Below, piece after piece: positions 18,944-28,703 of a stretch of DNA of 64,000 nt; position 1 is the first letter of the stretch, and every line of letters begins with the position of its first letter. Position numbers and translations under genes: made by a program. The stretch covers positions 44,397-108,396 of the forward strand of contig JBNKOC010000030.1 in NCBI GenBank assembly GCA_050294405.1, written 5' to 3'. The DNA is from Fibrobacteria bacterium (GTDB lineage: Bacteria; Fibrobacterota; Fibrobacteria; UBA11236; JADFYW01). Under the pieces are notes generated by a model that was not told the DNA's origin, searched no databases, and worked only from the letters and a program-made list of their open reading frames with translations.

Positions 18944-19883
18944 TTGTCCGGAAAAAAGTGACTTTTAATTTAGTTTCGATGGAATCAGCAATATCTTTGG
19001 TTAACTCTTCTTTTCGAAATTCATAACAGGGAAGGCCCTCGTCTAAGGTCACAGAAAATCTCCAAACTCCATTAACCTCCTCTTCTTCCAGATAGCCTTT
19101 TTTTATTACTCGGCCGTATTTATCCTGGTTTTCAAAAAAATCTCCCATTCTAAATTGGAAAACATCAAAGAGGTTTTTTTGATGGACAACAAAAAACTCT
19201 TCCAGCTCCAGCTGTAAATTTCTTTTGGCCCGATAATATACGGAATATTCCAGGCATTCTGAGGATATCTTTTTCCGAATTGCGGAAATGACCACCGAAT
19301 CGGCTTTAATAGATTTCAGCTTTGGGTTTAACAGCGCAGTGTCCAGCTTTTGTCCGGTTTGATATTGACCAGGAGGTAGGAAGCGGCTAATGTGCCAGCG
19401 GTCTTGCCATAAGTCCTTAAAATAATTGCTGTCCAATTTGGAAATGAGCCTTTGCTTATAATTGTCCTGAAGTTTCATGGAATCTACCGTGGCGCGCAAT
19501 TTATTATAACCGCTGATGCTTGTTACATTGCCTTCCGAATCCAAATGTATTTCCAAAGGGAGCTTTTTTTGGATGTTTTCAGCCAACAAGCTTTTATTGT
19601 ATCCGGCTGAGGTAAATTGCTTGGGACTCCAGCGAATGTAAGTCCCCGAATCGTTTTTTTCGACATGTACATGGGTATGTATTTCAAATCCCGTGCCCGG
19701 TTTTTCCCGTTCACGGGCTTCGGCAATATTTTCTAACCTGGGCGAAGAAAGGTATTCTTCAAATATCATATAGTTTAATTCGTCCGGCTTTTTGGGGTTG
19801 TAGTTAACCCCTGGTTTACAAGACCAAATTAAACAGCCCAGCAATAAAACAACTATTCTAAAATTTGAGGCAGATTTTTTCAT
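18918..19883 (-). CDS. Hypothetical lipoprotein
   Basis: 321-aa ORF with signal MKKSASNFRIVVLLLGCLIWSC. Confidence 0.65.
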   Translation of the reverse strand: MKKSASNFRIVVLLLGCLIWSCKPGVNYNPKKPDELNYMIFEEYLSSPRLENIAEAREREKPGTGFEIHTHVHVEKNDSGTYIRWSPKQFTSAGYNKSLLAENIQKKLPLEIHLDSEGNVTSISGYNKLRATVDSMKLQDNYKQRLISKLDSNYFKDLWQDRWHISRFLPPGQYQTGQKLDTALLNPKLKSIKADSVVISAIRKKISSECLEYSVYYRAKRNLQLELEEFFVVHQKNLFDVFQFRMGDFFENQDKYGRVIKKGYLEEEEVNGVWRFSVTLDEGLPCYEFRKEELTKDIADSIETKLKVTFFRTIENGFKFY

Positions 19884-19918
19884 ATTCTCTAAAATTAAAG
19901 CAAAGCTTTAGATGTAGT

Positions 19919-20851
19919 TTAGGATAAAGTAAAATTAATGTGTTTCCAAAGCAATCGGCAGTTCTCCCCCCAAATTGGTTGCAAACTAAGGCCCCGGCGT
20001 TCCATTCCTCTGAAATAAGTATTTTGACTTTTTGAAAATTTGCGGATCCGCAAATACAACTCCGTATTTAGTTGGTCCAGATTGATTTCCCCCATTAAAT
20101 GGCGGCTTATGAGTTGGTATTCCAGGCCTAGCTGCTGCATTCTAGCGAAGGATAGCCCATTTTCTAATAGTGCTTCCACTTCTTTTATCATACCGAGCTC
20201 TAATCTGGATTGTATTCTGCTTTGAATGTTGGAATGCAACAGGCTTTTTGGAGGTTGAAGCCAATAGATGTGGAAATGGAATGGAGGAGGAATGATTTTT
20301 TTGTCTGGAAAATCGGTTTTAAAGAAGTGGATTTCCAAAGCCCGTACAATTCTTTTTTTGCTGCTTAAATCAGTTTGGCTATGTAATAGAGGGTTTAAAC
20401 TATGGAGTTCTTTTTCCAACTCTTTTTTATCTCTTAACATTTGCCGTTCTCTAAATTCTGGCTGCTCCGGGACTTCGGGAATTTGATAATTCCGCAATAC
20501 CGATTCGAGATACAAACCCGAACCGCCGCACATAATGGCTGCTTTTTTCTTCTGAAAAATTTGAGTCAATGTTTGATAGCAATCCTGCTGGTAATTATAG
20601 AGGGAGTATATTTTTTGGGGAGCTTCAATATCAATTAAATGATGAGGGATTTTTTTTCCGGCGATCTGGTATTCGGATAAATCTTTGCCTGAGCCTAAAT
20701 CAAGTCCCTTATATACTTGTCTGGAATCTGCAGATACAATATCCAAAGCAAATTCATTTGCCAATTGCACCGCTAGCCGGGTTTTACCTGAAGCAGTAGG
20801 CCCAAGAATTACATAAAGTTGGGGCCGATTAGTTTGCGAATTGAGATTCAA
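19919..20851 (-). CDS. miaA: tRNA dimethylallyltransferase
   Basis: GPTASGKT, SADSRQVY, HHLID, GGSGLY, RIVRALEI. Confidence 0.92.
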   Translation of the reverse strand: MNLNSQTNRPQLYVILGPTASGKTRLAVQLANEFALDIVSADSRQVYKGLDLGSGKDLSEYQIAGKKIPHHLIDIEAPQKIYSLYNYQQDCYQTLTQIFQKKKAAIMCGGSGLYLESVLRNYQIPEVPEQPEFRERQMLRDKKELEKELHSLNPLLHSQTDLSSKKRIVRALEIHFFKTDFPDKKIIPPPFHFHIYWLQPPKSLLHSNIQSRIQSRLELGMIKEVEALLENGLSFARMQQLGLEYQLISRHLMGEINLDQLNTELYLRIRKFSKSQNTYFRGMERRGLSLQPIWGENCRLLWKHINFTLS

Positions 20852-22031
20852 AATATTTTTCCAATTCTAAAATATATTCTTTATTTGGTCCGCAAAATAA
20901 CAGCGCAATTTTTTGCATGGAAACTTTGTTTGAGCCCATATATCTGTTCAGGGGGCAACTTAGTAAGATTCCTTTTTTGGATTGAGGATTAAAATTATTA
21001 GAGCCTAGTTTACTCAAAATCATTGGATAACTTATGTTTGGTTTTAGTTTTCGAATTGGGTAAAGTTTCCAATGGGCCCATTCTGTGAGAGATAAACTTT
21101 TATAAATGTAATGGAATAAATGGCCCAGTGTCCGCCGGGAATTAATTTCCACCAAAGGGCGAAAATATTTTTTACCCTTATTGCTGTAGTAAAAGGAGTC
21201 GATGCCAAAGGGACCCCAATAACCAATGTTATAGAGCTTTGAACCGATCGCAGAAACTGATTTTTGCATCTCTTTTATGGGCAAGTTAAGTTGAGGATGA
21301 AACTCCATGCCAGTAAAACCTCCCTTTTTACTGGCATACAAGATATGTTCATCGGTTTTAAGGACTTTGCCATTTTTATCTAAAAAATAAAGAGATGCAA
21401 AATCCATTATCCGTTCTAATAGGGGCTCTATTACGAACCCTCCAAAATTATTTATCTGCTTTTTAATAAAATCCCAGGGAAGTTTTGTTTTTTCCAAAAC
21501 TAATTTATTGCCCAGGCCCGAACTGCTAAATCGGGCTTTAAATAACATAGGTCCGGATATTATATCCGCCACTTTGTTCACTTCTTCCAGGGATTGGACG
21601 GTATAACTCAATGGCTCTATTTGACCGGATTCTCTTTCTAGTTGGGAAGCCAAAAAGCGATCGTTGGCTTTTTGAATAGCCTCAATCTTCGGAATCTCAC
21701 TTAACTTTTCGGGTTGGTGGGCCTTTAAAATTTTTAAACTATTACTGTCCCAACCGTGAGGGCTGTAGGGGGTTTTCTTTTCCAGATGGGGGAATTCTCT
21801 TAAGTTCAAATTTTGGTTTAAAATTTTTTGGATGTATTTGATATATTCGGGGTCGGCTCTGCCTTCCAGCAAACATATATTAGCCCCCAATCCATACAAC
21901 ACTCCCTGATGGGTCCATTCTCTGGAAACCTCCTGAAGCTTCGGACTAGTTAAGGGAGTATGCAGATTAAAATTAAAATCTGCATTTAAGTGAAACTGCT
22001 GGGATAAGAAAGTATCAGGCAACCAGCTCAA
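20829..22031 (-). CDS. Uncharacterised ATP-grasp fold protein
   Basis: KARFSSSGLGN, FVIEP, GYWGPFGID and EINSRRTLG ATP-grasp motifs. Confidence 0.65.
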   Translation of the reverse strand: MSWLPDTFLSQQFHLNADFNFNLHTPLTSPKLQEVSREWTHQGVLYGLGANICLLEGRADPEYIKYIQKILNQNLNLREFPHLEKKTPYSPHGWDSNSLKILKAHQPEKLSEIPKIEAIQKANDRFLASQLERESGQIEPLSYTVQSLEEVNKVADIISGPMLFKARFSSSGLGNKLVLEKTKLPWDFIKKQINNFGGFVIEPLLERIMDFASLYFLDKNGKVLKTDEHILYASKKGGFTGMEFHPQLNLPIKEMQKSVSAIGSKLYNIGYWGPFGIDSFYYSNKGKKYFRPLVEINSRRTLGHLFHYIYKSLSLTEWAHWKLYPIRKLKPNISYPMILSKLGSNNFNPQSKKGILLSCPLNRYMGSNKVSMQKIALLFCGPNKEYILELEKYFESQFAN

Positions 22032-23577
22032 AATTTTCTTTAAGAAGTAAATTGACTCCGTTGCACATGGCTTTTACATTGGCCATAACTGTATCCATAT
22101 CCTTGGAACGGCCAATTACATGGAGAGGGCTTCCATCGGGCATTTGTCCTTTTACGGTAATTTCCGATAAAGCAAAGGCTGCGAAATCTTTGTGTTCTAC
22201 ATCCAAAGCATGTTGCTTGTATTCCACCAGATGAAATTGTATCCCCAATTTGGTTAAGGCTTGGTAGCAAGCTTCTACTGGGCCGGTACCTGTAGTGGTC
22301 ACCTGACTGGATTTTCCATTTAATTCAAAGCTGAATTCAAAATGCTTCCGGTCGTTATCTACTTCAAGATTTTGGAAAATCAAAGGGCCGTCCACTTGTA
22401 ATATATGTTTATCATATACTTCAAGTATTTCATCTTGGCTTAATTCCCCCTTTGATTCGGAAAGGGCTTTTAATACAGGCTGCAAGGAACTGGCCTCTTC
22501 AATAGTTATGGGTAAACCAGCATTTGTTATGATTTCAAAAATGGCTGTTTTGCCGGATTGGCTGGTAAAGCCAAGACGATCGCCCTCTTTGCGGCCAATT
22601 AAATTGGAGTCAATGGCCCTGTAGGCGCCCTTGGATTTTCCCTTGGTTTTAATGGCTCCATCTTGATGTATGCCGCTTCGGTGAGCCACCACATCGTGTC
22701 CCACAAGCGGGGCTTTTTCCGGAATGGGAATTTGAGACCATTGGGACATTAAAAGAGCCGATTCGTATATTTCCCCAAAATTTAAGGGAACATCCACCTC
22801 GCAATTGTATAAGGCACAGGCTACTTCAAACATGTTTGTGTTTCCGGCGCGTTCTCCAAGTCCGTTTAATGTGGTTTCCAATTGAGAGGCCCCTCTAAAA
22901 TAAGATTCCACAGTTGTGGCGGTAGCCATGCCAAGGTCGTTGTGGTTGTGCACGGCCACAGTGATGTTATCGGGCAAGGCCTTTACCACCTGTTCAACCA
23001 TATCGCAAAAAATTTGTGGGCGGTAACGCTCCACCGTATTGGGAAGGTTAATCACAGTGGCGCCGGCTTCCGCCACGGCATGGAAAACCTCAATCACAAA
23101 ATCCATGTTGTCCTGGCAGTCCCCGAAATGTTCGGCAGAAAACTGAATGTCGCCTTTTCCGCCCATAACATCGCGGCAATAGGCCACAGCTCCTTCTGCA
23201 ATTTTTAAAACTTCCTCGGGTTTTTTGCGAAGCACATGTTCCATATTATAGGAGCTCGTGGTGATAAAAGTATGAATCCGGGGTTGGGCGGCTTGTTTAA
23301 TAGCTTCCCATACCTTTTCAATATCGTACTTCACCGCACGGGCCAAACCGGATATAACCACATTGTCAGGGGAAAGATCGGCCAAATGTTTGCATGCAGC
23401 GAAATCCATTTCGCTGCTGCCGGAAAAGCCCACTTCGATTCCCTGCACTCCCAGCTTGAGCAGCTGGTTAAAAACCTTTTCTTTTTCTTTTAAGTTCCAG
23501 GGATTTTTAAGGGCCTGGTTGCCATCTCTTAAAGTGACGTCGTAGAAAAATGGTTTTTTCGAATTTCCAACTGACAT
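22015..23577 (-). CDS. leuA: 2-isopropylmalate synthase
   Basis: DVTLRDGNQ, HNHNDLG, GLGERAGN, HRSGIHQDG, GTGPVEA regulatory domain; Leu attenuator upstream. Confidence 0.92.
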   Translation of the reverse strand: MSVGNSKKPFFYDVTLRDGNQALKNPWNLKEKEKVFNQLLKLGVQGIEVGFSGSSEMDFAACKHLADLSPDNVVISGLARAVKYDIEKVWEAIKQAAQPRIHTFITTSSYNMEHVLRKKPEEVLKIAEGAVAYCRDVMGGKGDIQFSAEHFGDCQDNMDFVIEVFHAVAEAGATVINLPNTVERYRPQIFCDMVEQVVKALPDNITVAVHNHNDLGMATATTVESYFRGASQLETTLNGLGERAGNTNMFEVACALYNCEVDVPLNFGEIYESALLMSQWSQIPIPEKAPLVGHDVVAHRSGIHQDGAIKTKGKSKGAYRAIDSNLIGRKEGDRLGFTSQSGKTAIFEIITNAGLPITIEEASSLQPVLKALSESKGELSQDEILEVYDKHILQVDGPLIFQNLEVDNDRKHFEFSFELNGKSSQVTTTGTGPVEACYQALTKLGIQFHLVEYKQHALDVEHKDFAAFALSEITVKGQMPDGSPLHVIGRSKDMDTVMANVKAMCNGVNLLLKENFELVA

Positions 23578-23603
23578 TGTTTCCTCGTTTTAAAAATTAA
23601 ACC

Positions 23604-23640
23604 AAAAAAAAAGGCCCACTCTTTTGAGGAGTGGGCCTTT
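23604..23640 (-). terminator. leu attenuator terminator
   Basis: mRNA aaaggcccactc-ctcaaaa-gagtgggcc followed by U9. Antiterminator gaggagtg (23657-23664) is complementary to cactcctc in the 5' arm and loop. Confidence 0.9.
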
Positions 23641-23666
23641 TCAACAAAAACAGTCTCACTCCTCTG

Positions 23667-23714
23667 TTAGAAGACTCCCAGAAGTAGCAAAGAATTGTTT
23701 TTAAAGCTGTTCAT
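23667..23714 (-). CDS. leuL: leu operon leader peptide MNSFKNNSLLLLGVF
   Basis: ATG AAC AGC TTT AAA AAC AAT TCT TTG CTA CTT CTG GGA GTC TTC TAA: four tandem Leu codons just ahead of the antiterminator/terminator. Confidence 0.88.
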   Translation of the reverse strand: MNSFKNNSLLLLGVF

Positions 23715-23720
23715 AACATA

Positions 23721-23749
23721 AGAATAAATCAAAATATCGGCTTTGTCAA
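23721..23749 (-). promoter_or_regulatory. leu promoter
   Basis: Minus strand TTGACA-17 bp-TATTCT, 6 nt before the leader ATG. Confidence 0.75.
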
Positions 23750-23834
23750 TAAGCAAGGGCTAAATTAATCCCGGCATTTATGCGATAAAAGCAATAGTTC
23801 CCATTTTTTATAGCGGCAAAATTATATTTAGGCT

Positions 23835-24422
23835 ATGGGTTTATTTAAATCTTTATTGAAGAATTCCAATAAAAAATTGTTGGGAGCCTGCAAATTGGGA
23901 GATTTGGCTAAAATTAAGGAGGCCTTGGACGAGGGTGCTGATGTTCATTTTGAGTCAAAAAAAGGAAGCGCCTTGAGTGTGGCTTATGGAGCGGGCCAGA
24001 AAAAAGCCTGCTTATATTTGTTTGAACGGGGGCTTGAGCCCAGGGGCCGTTTGGTTGAACAAATTTTTTTGGCGGAGATTGAAAAGGACCCGCAATTTTG
24101 CAGTGAGCTCTTGGATTTTGGAGTGAACCCCAATTGCCAGAATAAATTTAAAGCCAGTGCCTTGCTTTTGGCCTGCCTCTATGGAAAAACCCAATTGGCC
24201 TTAAAATTAATGGAGAAAGCTGCCGATGCGGAGCTAGCCGATGAGGACGGCAACAGAGCTCTGATGGTGGCTGCTGCCAAGGGAAACGAGACTTTGGTGA
24301 AAACTCTAATAACTAAAAATGTGAAAATTGATGCGAGAAATTCAAAAGGGCAAAGCGCTTTGGACATGGCCAGGGAGCGCCAGCAGCAAAATGTGCTCGC
24401 TCTGCTGGAAAAAACACCTTGA
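23835..24422 (+). CDS. Ankyrin repeat protein
   Basis: Repeated ankyrin units, e.g. GNRALMVAAAKGNETLVKTLI and GQSALDMA. Confidence 0.85.
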   Translation: MGLFKSLLKNSNKKLLGACKLGDLAKIKEALDEGADVHFESKKGSALSVAYGAGQKKACLYLFERGLEPRGRLVEQIFLAEIEKDPQFCSELLDFGVNPNCQNKFKASALLLACLYGKTQLALKLMEKAADAELADEDGNRALMVAAAKGNETLVKTLITKNVKIDARNSKGQSALDMARERQQQNVLALLEKTP

Positions 24423-24504
24423 TACCGGGAAATAACACTAAAATGGACATTTTCAGCCTGCTTATGGTAAGATTTTTTGAGAGGCAAAATCCGAACCCGG
24501 TAAA

Positions 24505-26079
24505 ATGGAAAATAGCAATTATAAAATTCCACTAAAAAAAATTCTGTATGTAAATACAGATATTCTGGAATACGAAAGGGTTCGCACCACCATAACAGGC
24601 GAAGACCCCAGGGCGCCCGAAGTGGAATGGGCTCCGGATAAATTATCCGCCATACATTGCGTAAAAAAAAATAAGTACGATGTATGTCTTTTAGATTTTG
24701 AAGCAAGCCATGAAAAAGAGCTGGAAACCGTTAAAGAAATAAAAAACGCCAACAGTTCTCTTCCTATTGTATTGCTCACAGATATCCAAAGTAACATGCT
24801 CATTGAAAAGGCCAAATTGGCGGGCGCTTCGGAAAATTTGCTCAAAAGCAACTTGGATAGATACATTCTTGAAAAAACACTGCGTTATTTGCACCAGGTG
24901 GATGTTAATTTTTTGCCGGATACTGAAGATAAAAAAGACAGAATTATAAAGCTCACCCAAGCTATTGGAGCTGAAACTGGAGAAATAGCCCAGGAAATAA
25001 ACACCCTGCTCACTATAATTAATGGCTGTGCCAACCAGTTGCAGGAACATATTCCCCGAAATAACGAATTGTATAAATACATCGACCAAATCCAACGGGC
25101 GGTGTTTGGAGTGGATTACCAAACTCAAAAACTGTTTGCTATCAGCCGTAAAAATCTATTGTTGCCGGAAAAAATAGATTTGAGACAAGTTATTGAAGAA
25201 ATGGAGCCCATGTTTCGAAGTATTGTTGGGGACAGGGCTTCCCTGGAAATCCACGCGGCCGCTGATGTGAAATTAATAAAGGCAGATAGAGGGCTAATAG
25301 GACAAGCCATAACTTGCCTGATTATTAATGCCAAGGAAGCTATGCCAGCACAAGAGGGACAAATTCTGGTGGATATACATAATGAATCCACATTGGATTC
25401 GGAGAATTCAGATGAAATCTCAAGCATGTCCCGGGATTATGTTTGCATATCCGTTGTGGATAACGGCTGCGGTATGGATTCCAATATTCAAAAACATATA
25501 TTCGAACCTTTTTTTACCACCAAAGGCGCTTCCAAAGACAAGGGCCTTGGGCTTGCCAAAGTCAATTGGATAGTAAGGCAATCGGGAGGCTTTATCAATG
25601 TGGAAAGCTCCCCCAATGGCGGCTCCAGCTTTAAGATTTATTTTCCAATTATACACATCAAGGAGCACAACCCTTTTAACCCCAATCCCAAAGAAAAAAA
25701 GAAAGGATCCCGCGGAACCGTGCTCATAGTGGAAGATGAACAATCCATTAGAGAGCTTATAGGGGAAGCCTTAAGCGGTCAGGGCTATCATGTATTGGAA
25801 GCGGGGAGTTCCAAGGTCGCCCTATCCATTTTTGAAGCCCATCCAAATAAAATTGATGTGTTGCTAACAGACGTTGTGCTTCCTTTTCATTCCGGACCGG
25901 AAATGGCCCGCGCCATAAAAGAAAATTTTCCGGAGACTAAAATTATTTTTATGTCTGCCCATGCAGACTTGGCCCATATTAGGCAAAATTACCATTTGGC
26001 ATGCGAAGGCTTTTTGCAAAAGCCCTTTTCGCTGGAGGAGTTAATCCAAATGGTCAATCAAATTGTGGCGGCCCAATAA
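24505..26079 (+). CDS. Hybrid sensor kinase-like protein (REC-HisKA-HATPase-REC); H-box His replaced by Gln
   Basis: IAQEINTLL H-box, INAKEAM, DNGCGM, IFEPFFTTK, GLGL; C-terminal REC LIVEDE...TDVVLP...KPF. Confidence 0.85.
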   Translation: MENSNYKIPLKKILYVNTDILEYERVRTTITGEDPRAPEVEWAPDKLSAIHCVKKNKYDVCLLDFEASHEKELETVKEIKNANSSLPIVLLTDIQSNMLIEKAKLAGASENLLKSNLDRYILEKTLRYLHQVDVNFLPDTEDKKDRIIKLTQAIGAETGEIAQEINTLLTIINGCANQLQEHIPRNNELYKYIDQIQRAVFGVDYQTQKLFAISRKNLLLPEKIDLRQVIEEMEPMFRSIVGDRASLEIHAAADVKLIKADRGLIGQAITCLIINAKEAMPAQEGQILVDIHNESTLDSENSDEISSMSRDYVCISVVDNGCGMDSNIQKHIFEPFFTTKGASKDKGLGLAKVNWIVRQSGGFINVESSPNGGSSFKIYFPIIHIKEHNPFNPNPKEKKKGSRGTVLIVEDEQSIRELIGEALSGQGYHVLEAGSSKVALSIFEAHPNKIDVLLTDVVLPFHSGPEMARAIKENFPETKIIFMSAHADLAHIRQNYHLACEGFLQKPFSLEELIQMVNQIVAAQ

Positions 26080-26082
26080 TTT

Positions 26083-26754
26083 TTATAAAGCCCCGCCAAT
26101 ATCCTTGCGGATTTTTTCCGTAACATCAAGGCTGGGCATGGATACCAACACCTCGTTTTCGGCGGGGACGGTGTACAATACATCGTAGCCATTTTTTTGG
26201 CCCCAGGTGCGCACTAAAGATTTCATTTGAGCGGAAATTTGGGAACGCAACTGAAATTCCCTATCCAGGGTAAGGGCTTCAATTTTTTGTACGAGTAATT
26301 CTAACTCCTGCTTTTTTTGGGATACTTCTTCTTCCAGTTGTTGGCGGGTTAAATCGCTTACCCAGGCTTTTTTTACTTCAAGCCGTTCCATGGAAAGACC
26401 GAGGCTGGCGTATTTCGCCTCTACTTCCTGATTCCATTTGGCAATGGAGCTGGATAAATCCTTGCGCGCAGATTCTAAAAAGCCCAGATCCTGCACTAAA
26501 ACACTGGCATTAACATAACCAATTTTTGGGCTGTTTTGTTGTTTGTGAAAATAACCGTAAACCCCAAAGGCCATAGCCCCAACTACTGCCAAAGAAGTAA
26601 TGATTTTAGCGGTAATCACCCCTTTTTTCCGGGGATTGGGGTTGCTTCTTTTTGGCGCGGGTCCGCGGGTGGCTTCGTATTGCTGACGAAGGCTGGGTTT
26701 GCCCCTGGATTGGTTCTGTGTGCGCCTCACAGAGCGGTTTGTGTTATTTCTCAT
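26083..26754 (-). CDS. OmpH/Skp-like protein with basic N-terminal extension
   Basis: KIGYVNAS, coiled coil, GQKNGYDVL...LDVTEKI. Start placed at ATG 26754. Confidence 0.65.
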   Translation of the reverse strand: MRNNTNRSVRRTQNQSRGKPSLRQQYEATRGPAPKRSNPNPRKKGVITAKIITSLAVVGAMAFGVYGYFHKQQNSPKIGYVNASVLVQDLGFLESARKDLSSSIAKWNQEVEAKYASLGLSMERLEVKKAWVSDLTRQQLEEEVSQKKQELELLVQKIEALTLDREFQLRSQISAQMKSLVRTWGQKNGYDVLYTVPAENEVLVSMPSLDVTEKIRKDIGGAL

Positions 26755-26976
26755 CCCAGTACCTTTATTTGTAACTTCATTAAAATAAACAATTTGCAAG
26801 TATTCATTTATAAAAAAGATTAGATATTTTTCTGAATCTAATACTTTTTAAGGACTAAATCCAGTATGCTAACCTATTTTTTGATTTTTTTTAACTGGTT
26901 GAATTACAAAAATAGATTTTTACAACAAGGCTTTAAACCGAGACAGTCTAAATAGAGAAAGGTATATATTGAAATT

Positions 26977-27456
26977 ATGGCACATTCCAGTCCAGAAGAA
27001 ATTTTGAGGGAGTTGGATATAACCCTTCCTGTTCCTACGGTCCGTGGCGCATATATTCCCAGCCTGGTAGTGGGGGATCTGATTTATGTATCTGGCCAGC
27101 TTCCCCTGCAAAATGGGGAACTCCAGTTTTCCGGTTCTGTGGGCAATCAAATTAATCTGGATATGGGGTATCAGGCAGCCCGGCTATGTTTTATAAATGC
27201 TTTAGGTGCATTGAGCTATGTGTCCACTCCTCTATCTGAAATTGCGCAGGTGGTGCAAATATCCGGTTATGTTTTGTCTGCCAACGACTTTTATGAACAG
27301 CCGCAGGTGATAAATGGCGCCTCTGATTTGTGCCTTAAAATTTTTGGAGACGCTGGACGGCACACCCGAATTGCAGTGGGGGTGAGCAGCTTGCCCTTAA
27401 ACGCTTCTGTGGAAATATCTGCAATTTTTAAAATAAAAAGCAAAAATCCGGAATAA
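26977..27456 (+). CDS. RidA/YjgF family protein
   Basis: [37 protein letters not shown]. Confidence 0.9.
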   Translation: MAHSSPEEILRELDITLPVPTVRGAYIPSLVVGDLIYVSGQLPLQNGELQFSGSVGNQINLDMGYQAARLCFINALGALSYVSTPLSEIAQVVQISGYVLSANDFYEQPQVINGASDLCLKIFGDAGRHTRIAVGVSSLPLNASVEISAIFKIKSKNPE

Positions 27457-27494
27457 GTCTTAAGCTAAAAAGCCCTTTGGCCGATACTTAAATT

Positions 27495-27761
27495 ATGTGG
27501 TATCGTTCCCTGTATTTCTCTCTGGAAATTTATGGCGACTCCCAAAGGGGGTTTAAGGCTTGTGCTAAGTTAATGCTCAAAGGTCGACGAGCTTGTCTGG
27601 GGACCCTCACCAGCGAGTTTAAGCATACTCCAACTCAGTTTAGCTGGGATCCTGGCTGTGTTTTTGATTCCACTCAAAAAGAATACCTGGAGCTCAGGGC
27701 TCAAAAAGAAATTGAAAATGCCTTGATTGAAGCTAATAACCGCTCTACCCAGCCTGGATAG
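27495..27761 (+). CDS. Hypothetical protein
   Basis: 88-aa ORF filling the gap between the RidA gene and the kinase; no recognised motif. Confidence 0.45.
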   Translation: MWYRSLYFSLEIYGDSQRGFKACAKLMLKGRRACLGTLTSEFKHTPTQFSWDPGCVFDSTQKEYLELRAQKEIENALIEANNRSTQPG

Positions 27762-28650
27762 GAAAAGCCATCCAAAATTTTGAGCCTTGGTTCTTTCCCT
27801 TTGAATCTACGCCCACAATACCTTTCATAGCTTCCACAAATGTCTTTACATTGTACAGTCCCAGTCCGCTGGAGGATTCTCCATTGGTGGGTCTGGAACT
27901 TAGCCTTTGAAATTGGCCAAAGGCCTTTTTTTTATCTTCCTCTGAGAGACCCTGGCCCTCGTCTTCCACAAAGACTTTGAAAAACTGGTTGGCCTCAACT
28001 TCTGAATAAATTTTAATAGTGGAGTTTTTAGGAGAGTATTTAATGGCGTTGGAAATTAAATTGGAAAGGGCATCCCGAAAAGCGATGGGGTCAAAAAGAA
28101 TTTTTGGATTTTGTACACATACATAAGAGCTAAGATTAATATTCTTTCGGGCGGCTGTGGCTTCAAATATTTTAACTGTGGGAGAAATTTCCTCCTGAGG
28201 AAAGCCCTCCAAAAGATTTAATTTAAGCACTCCGTTTTCTATTCTCACAGATTCCACCAGTTCTTCTAATTGGTTTTTCATGGATTCAGATGCATCGTAG
28301 ATACACTGCACAAATTCCTGTTGTTCATGGGGTTTAATATCTCCGTTTTGGATCATTTCTGAAATGTTGAGAATGGCCGAACAGGGGTTTTTTAAATCGT
28401 GCACCACGGTGCCAATAAACTCATTGATTTTTTCTTTTTTGCGCAATAGCTCTTCCCGGCTTTTGATTAGTTTTTTATGCTCTTCCACCAGTTTTGCGAT
28501 GGTCAGGCCAAAAACAATTCCCATTAGCTCAGGGATAATCCAAGTGCCCCATTTGGGTTCGATGTTATTGATATTCATATGGGCTAAGTTTGCCATAGTA
28601 AATACAACCATGGATACCATTATATAAGGCAAATAAAACATGTGCTTCAT
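27745..28650 (-). CDS. Membrane sensor histidine kinase
   Basis: Two TM segments, HDLKNP, NLISNAIKYSP, DEGQG, GLGL. Confidence 0.9.
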   Translation of the reverse strand: MKHMFYLPYIMVSMVVFTMANLAHMNINNIEPKWGTWIIPELMGIVFGLTIAKLVEEHKKLIKSREELLRKKEKINEFIGTVVHDLKNPCSAILNISEMIQNGDIKPHEQQEFVQCIYDASESMKNQLEELVESVRIENGVLKLNLLEGFPQEEISPTVKIFEATAARKNINLSSYVCVQNPKILFDPIAFRDALSNLISNAIKYSPKNSTIKIYSEVEANQFFKVFVEDEGQGLSEEDKKKAFGQFQRLSSRPTNGESSSGLGLYNVKTFVEAMKGIVGVDSKGKNQGSKFWMAFPIQAG

Positions 28651-28703
28651 AAAGTTCGTTTTGGGACGAGCTTTATGATTTTACAACAAAAATGAAGGGG
28701 AGG

